Below are positions 25,572 to 37,919 of a stretch of 64,000 nt of DNA, one piece after another. This DNA is from Camelus ferus. Lineage: Eukaryota. The stretch's first letter is position 1. Each line of letters begins with the position of its first letter. Both the position numbers and the translations under genes were made by a program. Location of the stretch: NCBI RefSeq assembly GCF_009834535.1, contig NC_045727.1, positions 17,732,001 through 17,796,000 of the forward strand, read 5' to 3'. The notes beneath the pieces are model-generated. The model was not told where the DNA came from, made no database searches, and saw nothing but the letters and a program-made list of their open reading frames with translations.

Positions 25572-26324
25572 AGCAAGTTTTGTTGAAAAGCAGGTTTTGT
25601 GGCTAATTCCACCCCGTTGTAGAATGTTGTGTAAGGCAGGGTCACAAATGAGCTATTTTTCTGGTGTGCGTGTGTTTGTATGCAAGAGAGAATGTTCTGG
25701 GTGCATAATTGCTTTGGGTCAGTGTGACTCCAAATGCCTATGAAGAATTTTGTGTCTTGGTGCGTAAAATCGTCTGCCTTTGTGTTCAGCTGCTCCTCTG
25801 TCGTGAGACTGCACCCCCCAAGTTGGCGTGATGACCGCCCCATGTCCAACGTGTCTGTGTGGGTTCCCGTGTGTGGAATTGTGCGTGCAGAGGAGGAAGT
25901 GGCCGGTGTGTGCAAACCCCCGCATGAGAAGGTGCCTGACTATTACGGAAGGATGGATGTCTTCGACATATGCCTTTGACCTTGGTAATTACGTGTGCGT
26001 GTGTGTGCATGTGTGTGTGTATGAGGGAGACTCTGGATGGGTGGTGCTATGCACGTGATGTGCAGAAGAGGAGCTGGTGAGGATACCAGGGGACAGAAGG
26101 ATGGGAGGCAAAGGGGTTGTCAGGGGCAAGGTCCTGCAGGGACCCATCGCCTCCAAGAGATCTTCTTCCCTTCTTCCTCCTCTCTTGCATTGGTTTGTTT
26201 TTCTCTCCATTCTGCCCAACCCCTTCTCACTGTTTTTTCTTTATACTGCCTCCTGCTCTCAATTTCCCTCTTTGTGGTCTCTTTTATTTCCTCCAGCTGC
26301 TCATTAAACCTCTTTGCTTTGTTG

Positions 26325-26530
26325 TCTTTCTCCTCTCTCTCTCTCTCTCTCTCCACCATCCCTGAATCTCTCTCTCTCTCATTTCATCATTGTCTCTTGA
26401 TTTCTGCTTCTCTTTGTGCAGGCATCTCTCTATCTCTGCCTCTTAATCTCTTGTCTCTCTGCCTGTCTCTTGCTCCCTCCCTCCCTTCCTCTCCACCCCC
26501 CGTTGTCCTCTCCCCCCTCCTCATCTTCCT
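26325..26530. repeat. (CT)n microsatellite and pyrimidine-rich low-complexity tract
   Basis: tctctctctctctctctct runs followed by C/T-rich sequence. Confidence 0.85.
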
Positions 26531-27862
26531 GGAGAGTGGGGGCGACTCAGTGGGATCCAGACACAGTGAGACAAATGCTACCCAATCCGGTAACCAAGGA
26601 AGTGGTTTCCTTAGCAACAGAATCCTCAGGCACGCGCTCCACTGCCCCGTCCCTTAGCTGTTACAGTAAGTACCGAGAGGGCGGTTGGCAAAGCCTGGAG
26701 ACAGGGAAGTCGGTAAGGACACTGCTATAGTGATCCTCTTGAGAGGGGACAGTGGTCAGGGGACAGTGGTCAGGGACCAGCTCCATGCCTGGCACTTTGG
26801 TGACACTCAAAAATATGGGACATAGAGAGGCTGCGGGCTCAGAGACAGGCATACAGAGTGGAGACAGCTGGGGAGGAACCCACAGGCTTGGTAACAGACT
26901 GGATGTGGGGGAAGGAAGGCGAAGAGGCATCAAGATTGTGTCTGTGCATCTCCAGAAGGGGTCCTTTGAGATGGAGAACATGGGGCAGAGGAGCAGAGGA
27001 GGGAGGGAGAAAATGATAAACTGACATAGCTCCCTGTCCCCAAGAGTTCACCACCTACACGGGGGGAGGAGACGTGGAAGCAGACACAGAACTATCTCAC
27101 TCAGTGCTCCCTACTAACTGGCGACCAGGAACCCGGGAGTAAAATCACATCCTGGAGGGTGGTGGGAGGCTCTGAGACGGTCAGTGATTTGATTGCATGG
27201 CTCGGAAGTTGGAGGCGACACTTGGATTCGAACCTGGAAACGATCCAGAGCCTGTCTGGAAGATGCAAGACAGAAGAGCGTAGAGACAGAGAGAGAGGCA
27301 GAGAAAGAGACCGAGAGAGAGAGGAAAAACAGAGGAAGAGAGATTTAAATCATGGATTTGGCACTTTTTTCCTACTGAGAAAACAAAAATGTGTTCAATT
27401 TTAGAGAAATGAGAAAGGGGAGGGAGGAAACAAAAGCGCCCTCCAGGATGATATAAATAACTGTCCCCAGAGAAGATGCCCATCACGATGCAATCACTCC
27501 CAGGGAGACGAATTGTGTCCCCCGTCTAGGTTGGTATTTAAATGACTCAGAGTGGGTGATGGGGTCGAAGGGCAGGAAGTTGATCAACACGGAAACCTCG
27601 CTTGGCTTTCCCCCAAATGTAGTAAAGCGTGCAGGCGAGGAGAGCTGTAAATCTGGGCGATGATAATATCTGTCCCCGCGAAAGCAACATGTTTATTTAT
27701 CATGTTTGCACGTTTACTATTTCCCCTCAAATTTACAGTCTGCAATCTGCCGGCACGCAGGGGGAGAAACATGGAAATGAGAGCAAACTGGCAGATCGTC
27801 AAGGAGGGAAGAAATGATGAAATATTTATCCCCTCCGTCCACACCCTCCCACCCCACCCCTC

Positions 27863-27911
27863 CACACACACACGCACACGCACACGCACACGCACACGCA
27901 CGCACACACGC
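27863..27911. repeat. (CA)n/(CACACG)n compound microsatellite
   Basis: 49 nt of strictly alternating pyrimidine-purine with 7 CpG steps. Confidence 0.95.
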
Positions 27912-29847
27912 CGGCTGCCTTAAATCTACTTTCAAACAAAGGTGGTGATTTACCCGAGAGGACCATACGGCTCTATTTCAGGCCTCTGACAGCTAATTGA
28001 AATGAACAGTCATTATAGAATGGAATGTGCCACAACAAAATGATTTCTGTGTCTTCTGGAGTCACTTACTAAACAATGACAGGAAAATGAACTGTCTGCC
28101 AGCAGTGAGAGAGGGGGTCGATCTTAGTGGGGGCAAGACTTGTGTGTGTCCTGCTGTCGGGGACGAGAGGGACAGGGAGGCAATTTAGGGGCCAGATTCT
28201 CTTCCAAGACCTGAGTTAGGCGCCCAGCCCATAATCATGGTCACCTTATCCCAGACCTTCTGAGTCAGGTTTCTCAAAAGATGGAGGATGAGAAGGACCT
28301 GGTGGGCTCGCCGGGTGGCAAGGCTGTATTTATTTTTGCCTTGTGATAATTACCAGCCCTAATCTAGGTGCCGCGAGGACAGAAGTGTTCAAAGGATCAT
28401 CCTTCTCATCCATACGTACAAGTCTTTTCGTGTATTATGATCTGTATCTCTGTGCAGTGCCTGGCACACAGCAGGTGCAACGGAAATCCTTGTTGATTTT
28501 CTGAATAAGCGAACCGAGGAGTATTAAAGGATATTCAGAGGGGAAAAAAAAACCCGCAAGTCATCAGCCAAATCAGGCCTGAGTTATTCCCTTCGGTGCC
28601 CTGAATTTTATCTCCAGCAATACTGAATTGTTTTTCCATCCTTCCACTCTCTGCCTGAACCCCCAAAGCCCATCATACTGGCTCTCAAGAGCCCATTGTG
28701 AACATCTCTCCTCAAATTCACATTCAGGGACATCACATCGGTAGCTTGAAACTGACCATGGTGAGGATATTTACACCACGGTAATTGGCAACGGCTACAA
28801 ATCAGGCGAGCGGTTGGGTTTGTTCTGTTTTGTTTTATCTCGAGAGAGAGCCAGATGTTAAGCATTTACCAGCACACTACTGCCCAGCACACACAGGCAC
28901 ACACATGCTATTTCTGGTGTTTCCCATGGCCTTATTCGTACTGTCCCCTCCACCTGGAAAGCCTCCTTTAGACTCAGCTCAGACTCTTCCTCTTCCAGGC
29001 ACCTCCCCTGACCACAAAGACCAAATTTGGCTCCTCCTCTAATCTTGTCAAACACAGCTCCGGAAGTGGCCAACGCTGTGATCTCTTCAGTAATCTGGTG
29101 CGTGTGACTCCCTCTTACCAGGGCTCGAGGTCTGTTAGGGCAGAAACCATTTACCTCTGGATTTCCACACACTTCCTGACCCAGACTAGCTGATGAGCAA
29201 GTGTTGACCCAATGAAAGAATGACCACAACAATTACATTTAATACCATCCACCAGCCTCACAACAATCACACACTTTGGGGTGAATGGATCCACCCGCTC
29301 AGATAATGGCCAAGAAGACAGAGGAATGAGAAGCTACTCACAGAGCTGACAGGAGCTAATATTTATTGAGCACTAATTAAATGCAGGGCATTGTGCCAGG
29401 TGCTTCCCATGTGTAACGTTGTTGAATCGTCACCAGAACTCTGGGAGACAGGGATCCTTTGTCTCCCCATTTTACAGTGAGGGAAACCAAGGTTCAGAGA
29501 GGTTAAGTAATTTGCCTAATGTCACACAGCTGGGAACTGATGGAACTGGGCTTTGAATTCAGGCAGTCTAGCTTCAGGGTCCATATACGTAACCACGATG
29601 CTGCATCCTAGGGCGAAAACAAGCCCAGAGCCAAGAAGGAAGGGGTGGGTCTGGCAAGGCAACCCAGAGGAGATTACTGCAGCAGGAGGTGGAGAGAAGA
29701 AAACAAGTTGTGCGAAGGATTGGCCTTTCTGGGGCTGACGACCCATGGGGTGAAGAGGAGGGAACCATAAGGCCACCACTTGTGAAGCAGGCTGGGAGCT
29801 GCTGCTCCAGACAACTTTGGGTTCTTAGTGGCAAGGTTGGTTTATAG

Positions 29848-29861
29848 GTTCCCATGGCAAC
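29848..29861. promoter_or_regulatory. RFX X-box motif GTTCCCATGGCAAC
   Basis: 13/14 match to the palindromic RFX consensus GTTGCCATGGCAAC, in non-repetitive intergenic sequence. Confidence 0.5.
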
Positions 29862-30366
29862 GCCCAAGTGATACTTTTACTCCACAGCTCAGTGATTCTC
29901 TAGAAAATCTTTCCTCCTCTCTCTCACTACCACTCCTCCCAGCCAATAGTGGCAAGGTTACAGCTCCTTCCCCAGGACACACTGTGCTGGAGAAGACAAA
30001 ATGGCCCAAGACCCTTTCATAATGATGATGGAGGAAGGAAATTTGAGTGGAGGGCAGAAGAAACGAGAAAGAGGGGCTTAAAACCTCACAGGTCTCAATC
30101 ATCAAACTGGGAAGGGACTGATGAAGGAGGATTCTCAAATCAGTTTAAAAATCTCATGAAAACCATGACTCTCTCCCCAGAAAAATGTGAGCATGTAACA
30201 TATATACCCAGGCACAGAGAATTTTGTGTAGAGTTTCAAGGAGCATTTAGGCTCCTTGGGACCTAAAGTAAGAAATTAAAAATCACCTAATCCACTGGTT
30301 TCCAAATCAGGGCAGCGGAACCCTCTCTCCAATCAAAACCAAATGTGAAATCCTGGTCTCTAATAC

Positions 30367-30510
30367 AGGGGCTCTCAGTCAGGGGGCATTTTGCCCTGGG
30401 GATAGTTAGCAATATCTGGAGATACTCTGGGTTTCCACACCTTGGGGAGGGGGAGGACCTACCTCTGTGAATGAGTGCAGACACCTGCCCCAGATCCAGG
30501 CTGTCCCGCG
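30367..30510. mobile_element. MER20-like hAT-Charlie MITE
   Basis: caggggctctcagtcagggggcattttgccctggggatagttagcaatatctggagata matches the recalled MER20 start. Confidence 0.7.
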
Positions 30511-31404
30511 AGGGTTCAACCACAGAGTGACTTTTCCAGCAATTCCTCCTTCATCTCACGTCCATTCATTCCACACCCCCTAATCACGTGTCCCGACCCC
30601 TCCAGGTCTCAGTCCCCCTCCCGTTAAAACCAGGGTGACGCCCTAGGGATCCAGCCATCGCTGGGGTTGGGACCATGAGGGGCATATGCACGATTTAGAA
30701 TCACACAAGCAAATCCACCAGGGAGCAAGGCCTGGAGGGGAAAAGAGCCTTGCCCCAAACCATATTTCATGCCTACCTTCCCTGTTGTCAAAACTATGAT
30801 TTGGAGAACAGTCACCCACCATGTGCCTTTTCTCTGGGTGTTGATGAGCTAAACAGACAAGGTCACGGGAGGCTGGAGGAGCCTGACCTGGGAAAAGCCA
30901 CACCCCCTTCCTCTTCTGGGTTGGCTGCCCTGGGAAGCCAGCCACCCACCCTTCTCTTGCCTCCCAGGGCTGTGGAAAGTGTTTAATTAATAAACACACC
31001 TTCAAAGCAAGTGAATGTTAAAGAGCAGTGTTTAAGTGCTAATTATTATTATCAAAGGACACTTTCCACCTCATTAAATGCATGGATTCGGTAATTGTCA
31101 GCTAATCCCCAAGGAGAAACCAGGGGCACTTTGGGTGTTAGGATTGCATCTTTCCCCAGCAAATGACCCGATTCCCAAGCCACAGGATGACCAGCCTACT
31201 GATCTCAGAGCCTGGATGAGGCACCTTCACCTTCCTGGGTTCAAGTCCCAGCTCTGCCATTTCCCAGCTGTGTGGCCTTAGAAAGGTTGGTTCGTGTCTT
31301 TGAGCACCAGTTTTCTGAAAATGAGACAGATGTATGGGGAGTGCCTGACCCACTAAACAGATTTTATTGTTGTTGTTAATACTAGCGCTTCCTCCACCAA
31401 GTGC

Positions 31405-32460
31405 TCAGGGTTTTGTTTTCCAATCAGCCTACTGAAGTATTTTTTGCATATAACAAAATTTGCCAACTTCAGCTATACAATTTGATGAATTTTAATAGTC
31501 ACCATATACAATCATGTCACCACCATCACCATCAGGCTAGGGAACATTACTGGTTCCCCCCCAAATTCTTTGATGCCCTGTGCATTCCATTCCTTCCCTC
31601 CACTCCCCGTAGCCCCTGGCAACCACTAGTCTGCTTTCTATCATCAGAATTTTCCAGAATGTCATGTAAATGGAATCCATACAGTGAGTCTTTCTTCTGT
31701 CAGCTTACATGACGCTTTCGAGATTTATCCTCTTTGTTGCCTGTGTCAATCGCTCGTTCCTTTTCACTGCTGAGTAGTACTCCGTTGTATGGACATCTTT
31801 TTTTTTTAACCCATTCATTCACCAATTGATAGTAATTTAATTCAACTTCTTTCCAGTTTTTGGTTATTATCAATAAGGCTGCTACAAATGTTCACATGTG
31901 GGTCTTTGTGTGGATCTAATGTTTTTATTCTCTTGAGTAGATACCTAGGAATTAAATTGCTATGGATCACGAGGTCAATGGATGTGTAACTTTAATAAAG
32001 GAAGCTGTGAAACTTTTCCAAGCAGGCTGCATCATTTTGTATTTCCTCCAGGAGGGTACAAAAGTTCAGATGCTCACATCCTCACCAACCCTTTGTATTG
32101 CCAGTCTTTTGACTTTAAGATATTCTAGTGGGTGTGAGTGGTAGGTATCTTGTCATGGTTTGAGTTTGCATCTCTCCAATGATAAATGATGTTGTACATC
32201 TTTTCAGGTACTTACTAGCTCTATATTTTCTTTGGTGAATTGTCCATTCAAATATTCTATCCTTTTTTTTTTAAACGGTTGTTTTCTAGTTAATAAATTG
32301 TAAGCATTCTTTATATGTTCTAGATACAAGCACTTTACTTCAAGTCTGTGGCTTTCCTTTTCGCTTTCCTAATATTGTCTTTTGAAGAATAAGAGTTGTT
32401 CATTTTAACAAAAGTCCAACTTACCAGTTTCTCAGGTTTATTTTGTGCTGCTTGTGTCCT
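31405..32460 (-). mobile_element. Old LINE-1 (L1MB/MC-like) 3' region
   Basis: Decayed antisense L1 text (ggcaaccactagtctgctttc, gagtagatacctagga, tttgcatctctccaatgataaatgatgtt). Boundaries approximate. Confidence 0.8.
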
Positions 32461-33164
32461 CTGTAATACATCTTTGTGTAAATTCCACATGCTCTTATCA
32501 GCCCACGAGTACAGAGATCTCCTAGTTCCCAGCACCCTCCAAGGACACCATTATTTCCTGCAGGCTGCCTCACTCCCTCAAGTCTCTCCTCCTCGGCCTG
32601 GCTTTACGCTTTGTGTTTTCCGTCTCTCTGTCCTTCTTCATCCCCACCATCAAAACACATCTGACCTCTTGTCCAATTTCTTCTCCCAGTTGGTGGGCAC
32701 CTTGCGAATCTGCAGTTAGAAGTGTAACTGTTCTTGAGTCTCTGTTCCTAGTAACTTAGATCCCTTTTCAAAATGAACTAACTACAGGAGTCAGATTCTT
32801 ACCCCGAGAGAGCAGTGCTCGCGGAAGCCATTTCTTCCCTCCCCAGTCACCGCAGGAGATTAGTGGGAGCCACTTGGCTCTTCTTCTGATGCTAAATGAC
32901 ACCACACACATGTGGACGTCTCTGAGTGAGTTCTGACTCTGTACTTGGGGATTAGCAGCAGATCAGTAGAAGGTGTAGTGTTGACAAATCGGTTTAAAGC
33001 TGGTGGCTTGTTGATTTCACGGCTCTCATCCCCACGTGGGGCTTCTGTGTCTTCAGAACGAATTCCACAATCTGAGCGTTGTTTCTAACACATGGAACGT
33101 GTTGGAAGCACTTGATCACATTGTCTTCATTGTTGACCAACCTTTGGTTTCCAAGACTATTTTA

Positions 33165-33353
33165 TTTCCTTTTCTTTTTTTTTTTTAAACATTTTTTATT
33201 GAGTTATAGTCATTTTACAATGTTGCATCAAATTCCAGTGTAGAGCACAATTTTTCACTTATACGTGAACATACATATATTCATTGTCGCATTTTCTTTT
33301 TGCTGTGAGCTACCACAAGACCTTGTATATATTTCCCTGTGCTACACAGTATA
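33165..33353 (-). mobile_element. Young, strongly 5'-truncated LINE-1 (189 nt)
   Basis: T tail followed by aaacattttttattgagttatagtcattttacaatgttg...; perfect 14-nt TSD ccaagactatttta at 33151-33164 and 33354-33367. Confidence 0.9.
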
Positions 33354-33608
33354 CCAAGACTATTTTAGATTCATGTTTCCTTTCATGATTTCAGACATAC
33401 TCAGAATAGGTGTTTCTAGTTTCATTTTGTCCATGAGGAAAGGGAGGACCCGTGTACTTAAATAACGTGCCCAAAGTCAGACAGCCAGGTCTTGGAAATG
33501 TACCACTGATCTTTGCACCTCCTCCCAATAATGATGACCCTGAGAGCCAAAACTTATGGTGCACTTACTTTGTGCAGGCTCTGTTTTAAGTGTTTTAAGC
33601 ACATTGTT

Positions 33609-33860
33609 GTTTGTATTGGTTAGCTAGTGCCTTGGTAATGCTTCGCAGCAAACAGCCCCAAAACTCAGTGATTCAAAACAGCAATCATTTATTCTCATGA
33701 GTCTAGATGTGGGCTGGAACAGATAGGTCTGGACTGCACCCCAGCCTCTTGACTGAAGGTTGAGTTCAAATTTGCTGTACATATGTTTATTCCAGTTGAT
33801 CCCAAGCTGAAGAGGCAGCAACAACCTGGGTAAAGATTTGCTTGTGGAAATGACAGTTGG
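33609..33860. mobile_element. Old MaLR (MLT1 H-K-like) LTR fragment
   Basis: aaacagccccaaaactcagtgattcaaaacagcaatcatttattctcatgagtct. Boundaries approximate. Confidence 0.6.
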
Positions 33861-35464
33861 GGCGGGGGGCTAGTCCAAGCCCCCAGCTTTGCTTTAACAG
33901 GAATAATGCTAGTTTTCTGTTCACATATTTAAGTTTGTGCAGGGAGTTACGTGACAAAACAGTCCCCTGCCCTATCAGCTGGGGATGCTTTGGACAATAA
34001 GAATGAACATACCTGACTCACTGAGGTGTGCACTCCCACAAGAGCAGGGACTGTGACCCCTCCCCCAGCTCCTGCTGTCAGTGGCCACCATGTTGCCAAT
34101 TTCTGAACCTGTTCAGAAGCAGGCAACTTACCAGCATGTAATTTTCACACTAACCCTGCAGTTTAGAAACCACCATTCTCCCCTTTCACAGCTGAGCAAA
34201 CTGAGGCTTAGCAGATTAAATGAACCGCTCAAGGGGAGCGTGGAAGAGGCAGGGCCAGGACTTGAGCTTTGGTGGGTCTGAGACCAAAGCTGGAGGGTTG
34301 AACCACTTGTCACGTGGCGCATAGCAGCAGGTGGGGAAGGAAGGTTCGGGGGCAGTGGGGTGGGGGGAGAGACGCTGCCATCTCGTATAAGAAGTAAGAC
34401 ATGGACATAAACACACCAGAACGCAGCTTATTAGAAAGAAGCCAGCACCTTGTGCAGAGTGCTTTGGAGGGCCACGGTAGCAGAAAATCTGAAACCTCTA
34501 AGAGCCCTTTTTCCTCCAGCTCCTCTGCGGTTGGCAGTCCCCAAGCCAAGCCACCCCTTAATCCAATTAAAACGGACTTGTTTATGCTTATCAGCTCTTT
34601 ATTTGGTTTGTTAAAAATGTGCAAATTACCCAGAGGCCTCTTCGTCCCCTGCACCAAAAGGCATCGATAAAACTATTAAGTTAAATCCAATTAAACGCAG
34701 CTGCTGGAACTTGAGTGTGCTAGCGCAGAACAGGAGGGAGGGAGGGAAGGGAAGGACTTTGCTGGGGAGAGAAGACATCTTCTGGCCTCTTCTCTTAGCC
34801 TGTGCTTCTTAAACATACCCTGAGTGTCAGTAGGAAAAAGCAAAAACAGTCACTGTTTACCGCATGCCAGACAGTGGACTTGTACGTAGCGATCATTTAA
34901 TTATCTCAGGAACTCTGAAACGTGGACACAGTGGACCCATTTTGCAGAGGAAGGAACTGAGGCTCAGAGAGGTGAAGCGATTTGTCCCGAATGTCGCACA
35001 CGAACGGGAAGTGATAGAGGCAGGATCTGAGTCCTGATCTCTCTAAACCCTCTGCCCGAAATCAAGGAACGTAAGAGCTGAAAGGGTCCTTAGAGGTTGT
35101 TTGGCAAAAGCAAGTCTCCAGAAACACACAAACTTGAGTTTCCACGTCCTTAAAATGTGGATAACGATGCCAGCCTCCCAGGGTTTGGGGAGAAGTCAAT
35201 GAAATGATGTGTGTCTTAAGTACCTGGGACACAGTAGGTCCTTGTTATATACTAACTTCTGATAACCACACTCTTGTTAAAACCTATCTCCTTCCCCTTC
35301 CCTATTTTTTCAGAAAGGAAGGCTGAGTCCCAGAAAGGGAACATGACTGCCTCAAAGTTACACAGAGACCCCAGTAACAGAGGGAGGACCCAAACACGAG
35401 TCTCTTGCCTTCTGATTTAACATCTCACTTCAGAACCTGCACTGCCCCTCCATTTTGCAGATGA

Positions 35465-35466
<2 letters not shown>

Positions 35467-35498
<32 letters not shown>
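35467..35498 (+). repeat. Pure A32 homopolymer
   Basis: Directly visible; splits a MIR core (cattttgcagatga | aaccgaggcaca). Confidence 0.95.
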
Positions 35499-35500
<2 letters not shown>

Positions 35501-36851
35501 GAGGCACAAAATGCAGAAGGCACTCAGCGGTTAGGACCATTGAGTTCAGTGCTGAGCACAGCAGCCCGGTAGCCATCGTGTCCTGGACTCTGGGCTCAGC
35601 TGTGTGGCTTGGGCATATGCCTCGACCTCTCTGAGCACCTGCTTCCTCCTCATTAAAAGTGGGGCTCATCACCCCATTGAACATTAAGGGTGCAGTGAGG
35701 TCAGGCAGATGGGAGCCCCTTGTAGGTCAGAATGACTGCCTGCAAACAGCACCGCACACAGAGCATTTGGAGAGTGACTCGAGCATCTGTTCTTGCAGTC
35801 TCCAAAGATCCAGGATAAGTTTTGAATTTTCCTAGCAACCCTCCATCCCAGGGGACAAAGAGAGCTCAGGAGGAAAGAGCAGACACCCAGGGTTCCAGGC
35901 AACGCTAATCCTATCACAGATGCGTTACAAACCTTAGGGGATCTCACAAACCACCATCCTCCCCAAGGAGCTTTTCCAGCCCTGTCGCTGGCTGATGCCC
36001 AGGTCTCAGAAATCTGGGAAGAAACTTCACCTAAGTGAGCAGAAAAATCACATGCGACCAAGCACAGGAGCCTGATGGCAGCAACACCAAACCCTCCTGG
36101 GCTGCACTGATGCGCTGCACGTAGCGCAATGATAAATAGCTTGAAGTCAGACAAAGAGGGGGTTCAGCTCCCATCACCATATTATCTCCCCAGCCCAGTC
36201 ACCTTGGACAGGAGTCTTCACCTCTCTGAGCATCCATTCCTCATATGGGAACTGTAGCAAAATTGCCCATAATTGTTTAAGGCTGTTAATAATGATCCAA
36301 ATAGTGATCATTATGACTTTTTCATTCCACTCCTTAAGACCCAAAACCCTGTTGGGAGCAGCAGGAAGTCAGGACGTAACGGTAACAGGTGGCTCTTCTG
36401 GAAACTCGGAGGGAGCTTTTATTGTGAGTGTTTCGAATGCAAGAATTTTTGTCCAATTGGCCCCAAGAGCCTGTGTGCCTGGGAGGAGAGCGGGACCTGT
36501 CATATACGAGGAAGAGTGATGTGATAGTCTGCGCTGACACGCAAAATGGGATTTGCAGCAAGGCTACGCACTAAAGGCAGGCAATTGTCTTGAGGGAGGA
36601 TTTTCCAACTTCCTTTATTTTCTTAACACACAAAGGAAGCCCAGCTCCTGGATTCTGCCAAGGCGAGGGGCAGACCCCTCCTCCTGCCACAACTCTGAGG
36701 CTTCCCACCAGGTGATCGGCGAATACAACATAGGGAGAGGGAAAATGAGGCGGGAAGCCCCATAATAAGACCGGCAGGACCCCCAGGCAGGGCCACTACT
36801 CTCATGTGGGCACCATCCGGTTCCCTGGCCCAGAGGCGCTATCTCACTTTT

Positions 36852-37310
36852 TGCCTCTGAAACGGCTTACTTGTCCCTAAAATTCTATTGGTTCCCTGAG
36901 CTCACTTCTGATTGGTTATCTCCTTCACTCCTGATTGGTTATTACTCTCACTTCTGGTTGATCTACTTCCCTAACTTCTGATTGGTCCATTTTTAGTACT
37001 TCATTTGCATGGGGGCTCACTCCTGATTGGTTATTTCTTTCACTCCTGATTGGTCTATTTCTACAAAGCTTGTTCCTGGTTGGTCAACTTCTGTTATACT
37101 TTACTCGCGTGTCATGTTGCAAAGTGTAAAACTGGCAGCCTATAAAGGCCTGTGTAAACCCATAGACAAGGTTTAGAGCTTGGAGTGTTAACTCGTTTAG
37201 GCCTGCGGGTGTAATAAACCTGAGTTCTCCAAATCTGTGAGCACTGCTTGGTCTCTCGCTCGGATCCAGGTTGCTGTCACTATTGAGCTGTAACACCGAG
37301 CTGTAACACA
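36852..37310 (+). mobile_element. Endogenous retrovirus solo LTR with tandem CCAAT repeats
   Basis: TG...CA ends flanked by ctttt (36847-36851, 37311-37315); six ATTGG boxes; ATTTGCAT at 37003-37010; TATAAA at 37141-37146; AATAAA at 37213-37218; duplicated gagctgtaaca near the end. The 5' boundary may extend to ~36746. Confidence 0.8.
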
Positions 37311-37919
37311 CTTTTCTGCAACGAAAGAAAAGCTGCTACTTTTCCAGAACGGGGGGTTGTAGAATGAGAAGGAGAGAGGGATTCGGGAGAGAGGGCTGGC
37401 CAGGTATTTGCTTGGTTTCCCTCCTTGCAGCTGTGCTCTTGGTGCACAGAGGACGAGGGGGTTTCTCTAGATCACAGCCCCACCTTGGCTGGTGTTCTCA
37501 GCACCCTCAGTTCTCACGTGGTGGGGAGGTCGGGTGAAAGCAAGCAAAGCAGCCGTGGGACAGGACCAGGTGACCTTCACACAAGCTGGGATGCCTCATC
37601 TCAGTCCAAGCCCGGAGGAGGGCACGGTAGGGGGCGTGGGGATTTATATTCGGGGCAGCCAAACCCAGGGCGAGACCATCTTCCCACAGTTTTCTGCTCA
37701 GACATGCAGGACCAGGGAAGAATGGAGCCATTTCTCCGCATCCTCGGGAGCTCCAGTCTCCTCCACGCTCCCGTGAGACCATCAGACCAAGCCCCGCCCT
37801 CCACGTGGCCAAAACCAGGCCAGGAGAAAAGCAAGGGAGGTTGGATCTATTTATCGGGGAAGATCCCTACCTCTGGAACCTGTATAACTATCATTTGGCC
37901 CAAAATGTCAAAACAGGGT

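Noticed and set aside
26037-26657. 206-aa Leu/Ser-rich ORF
   Set aside because: Translation of (CT)n low-complexity sequence.
36895-37090. Short spaced repeats that superficially resemble a CRISPR array
   Set aside because: Eukaryotic LTR context, degenerate units and irregular short spacers; these are CCAAT-box tandem repeats.
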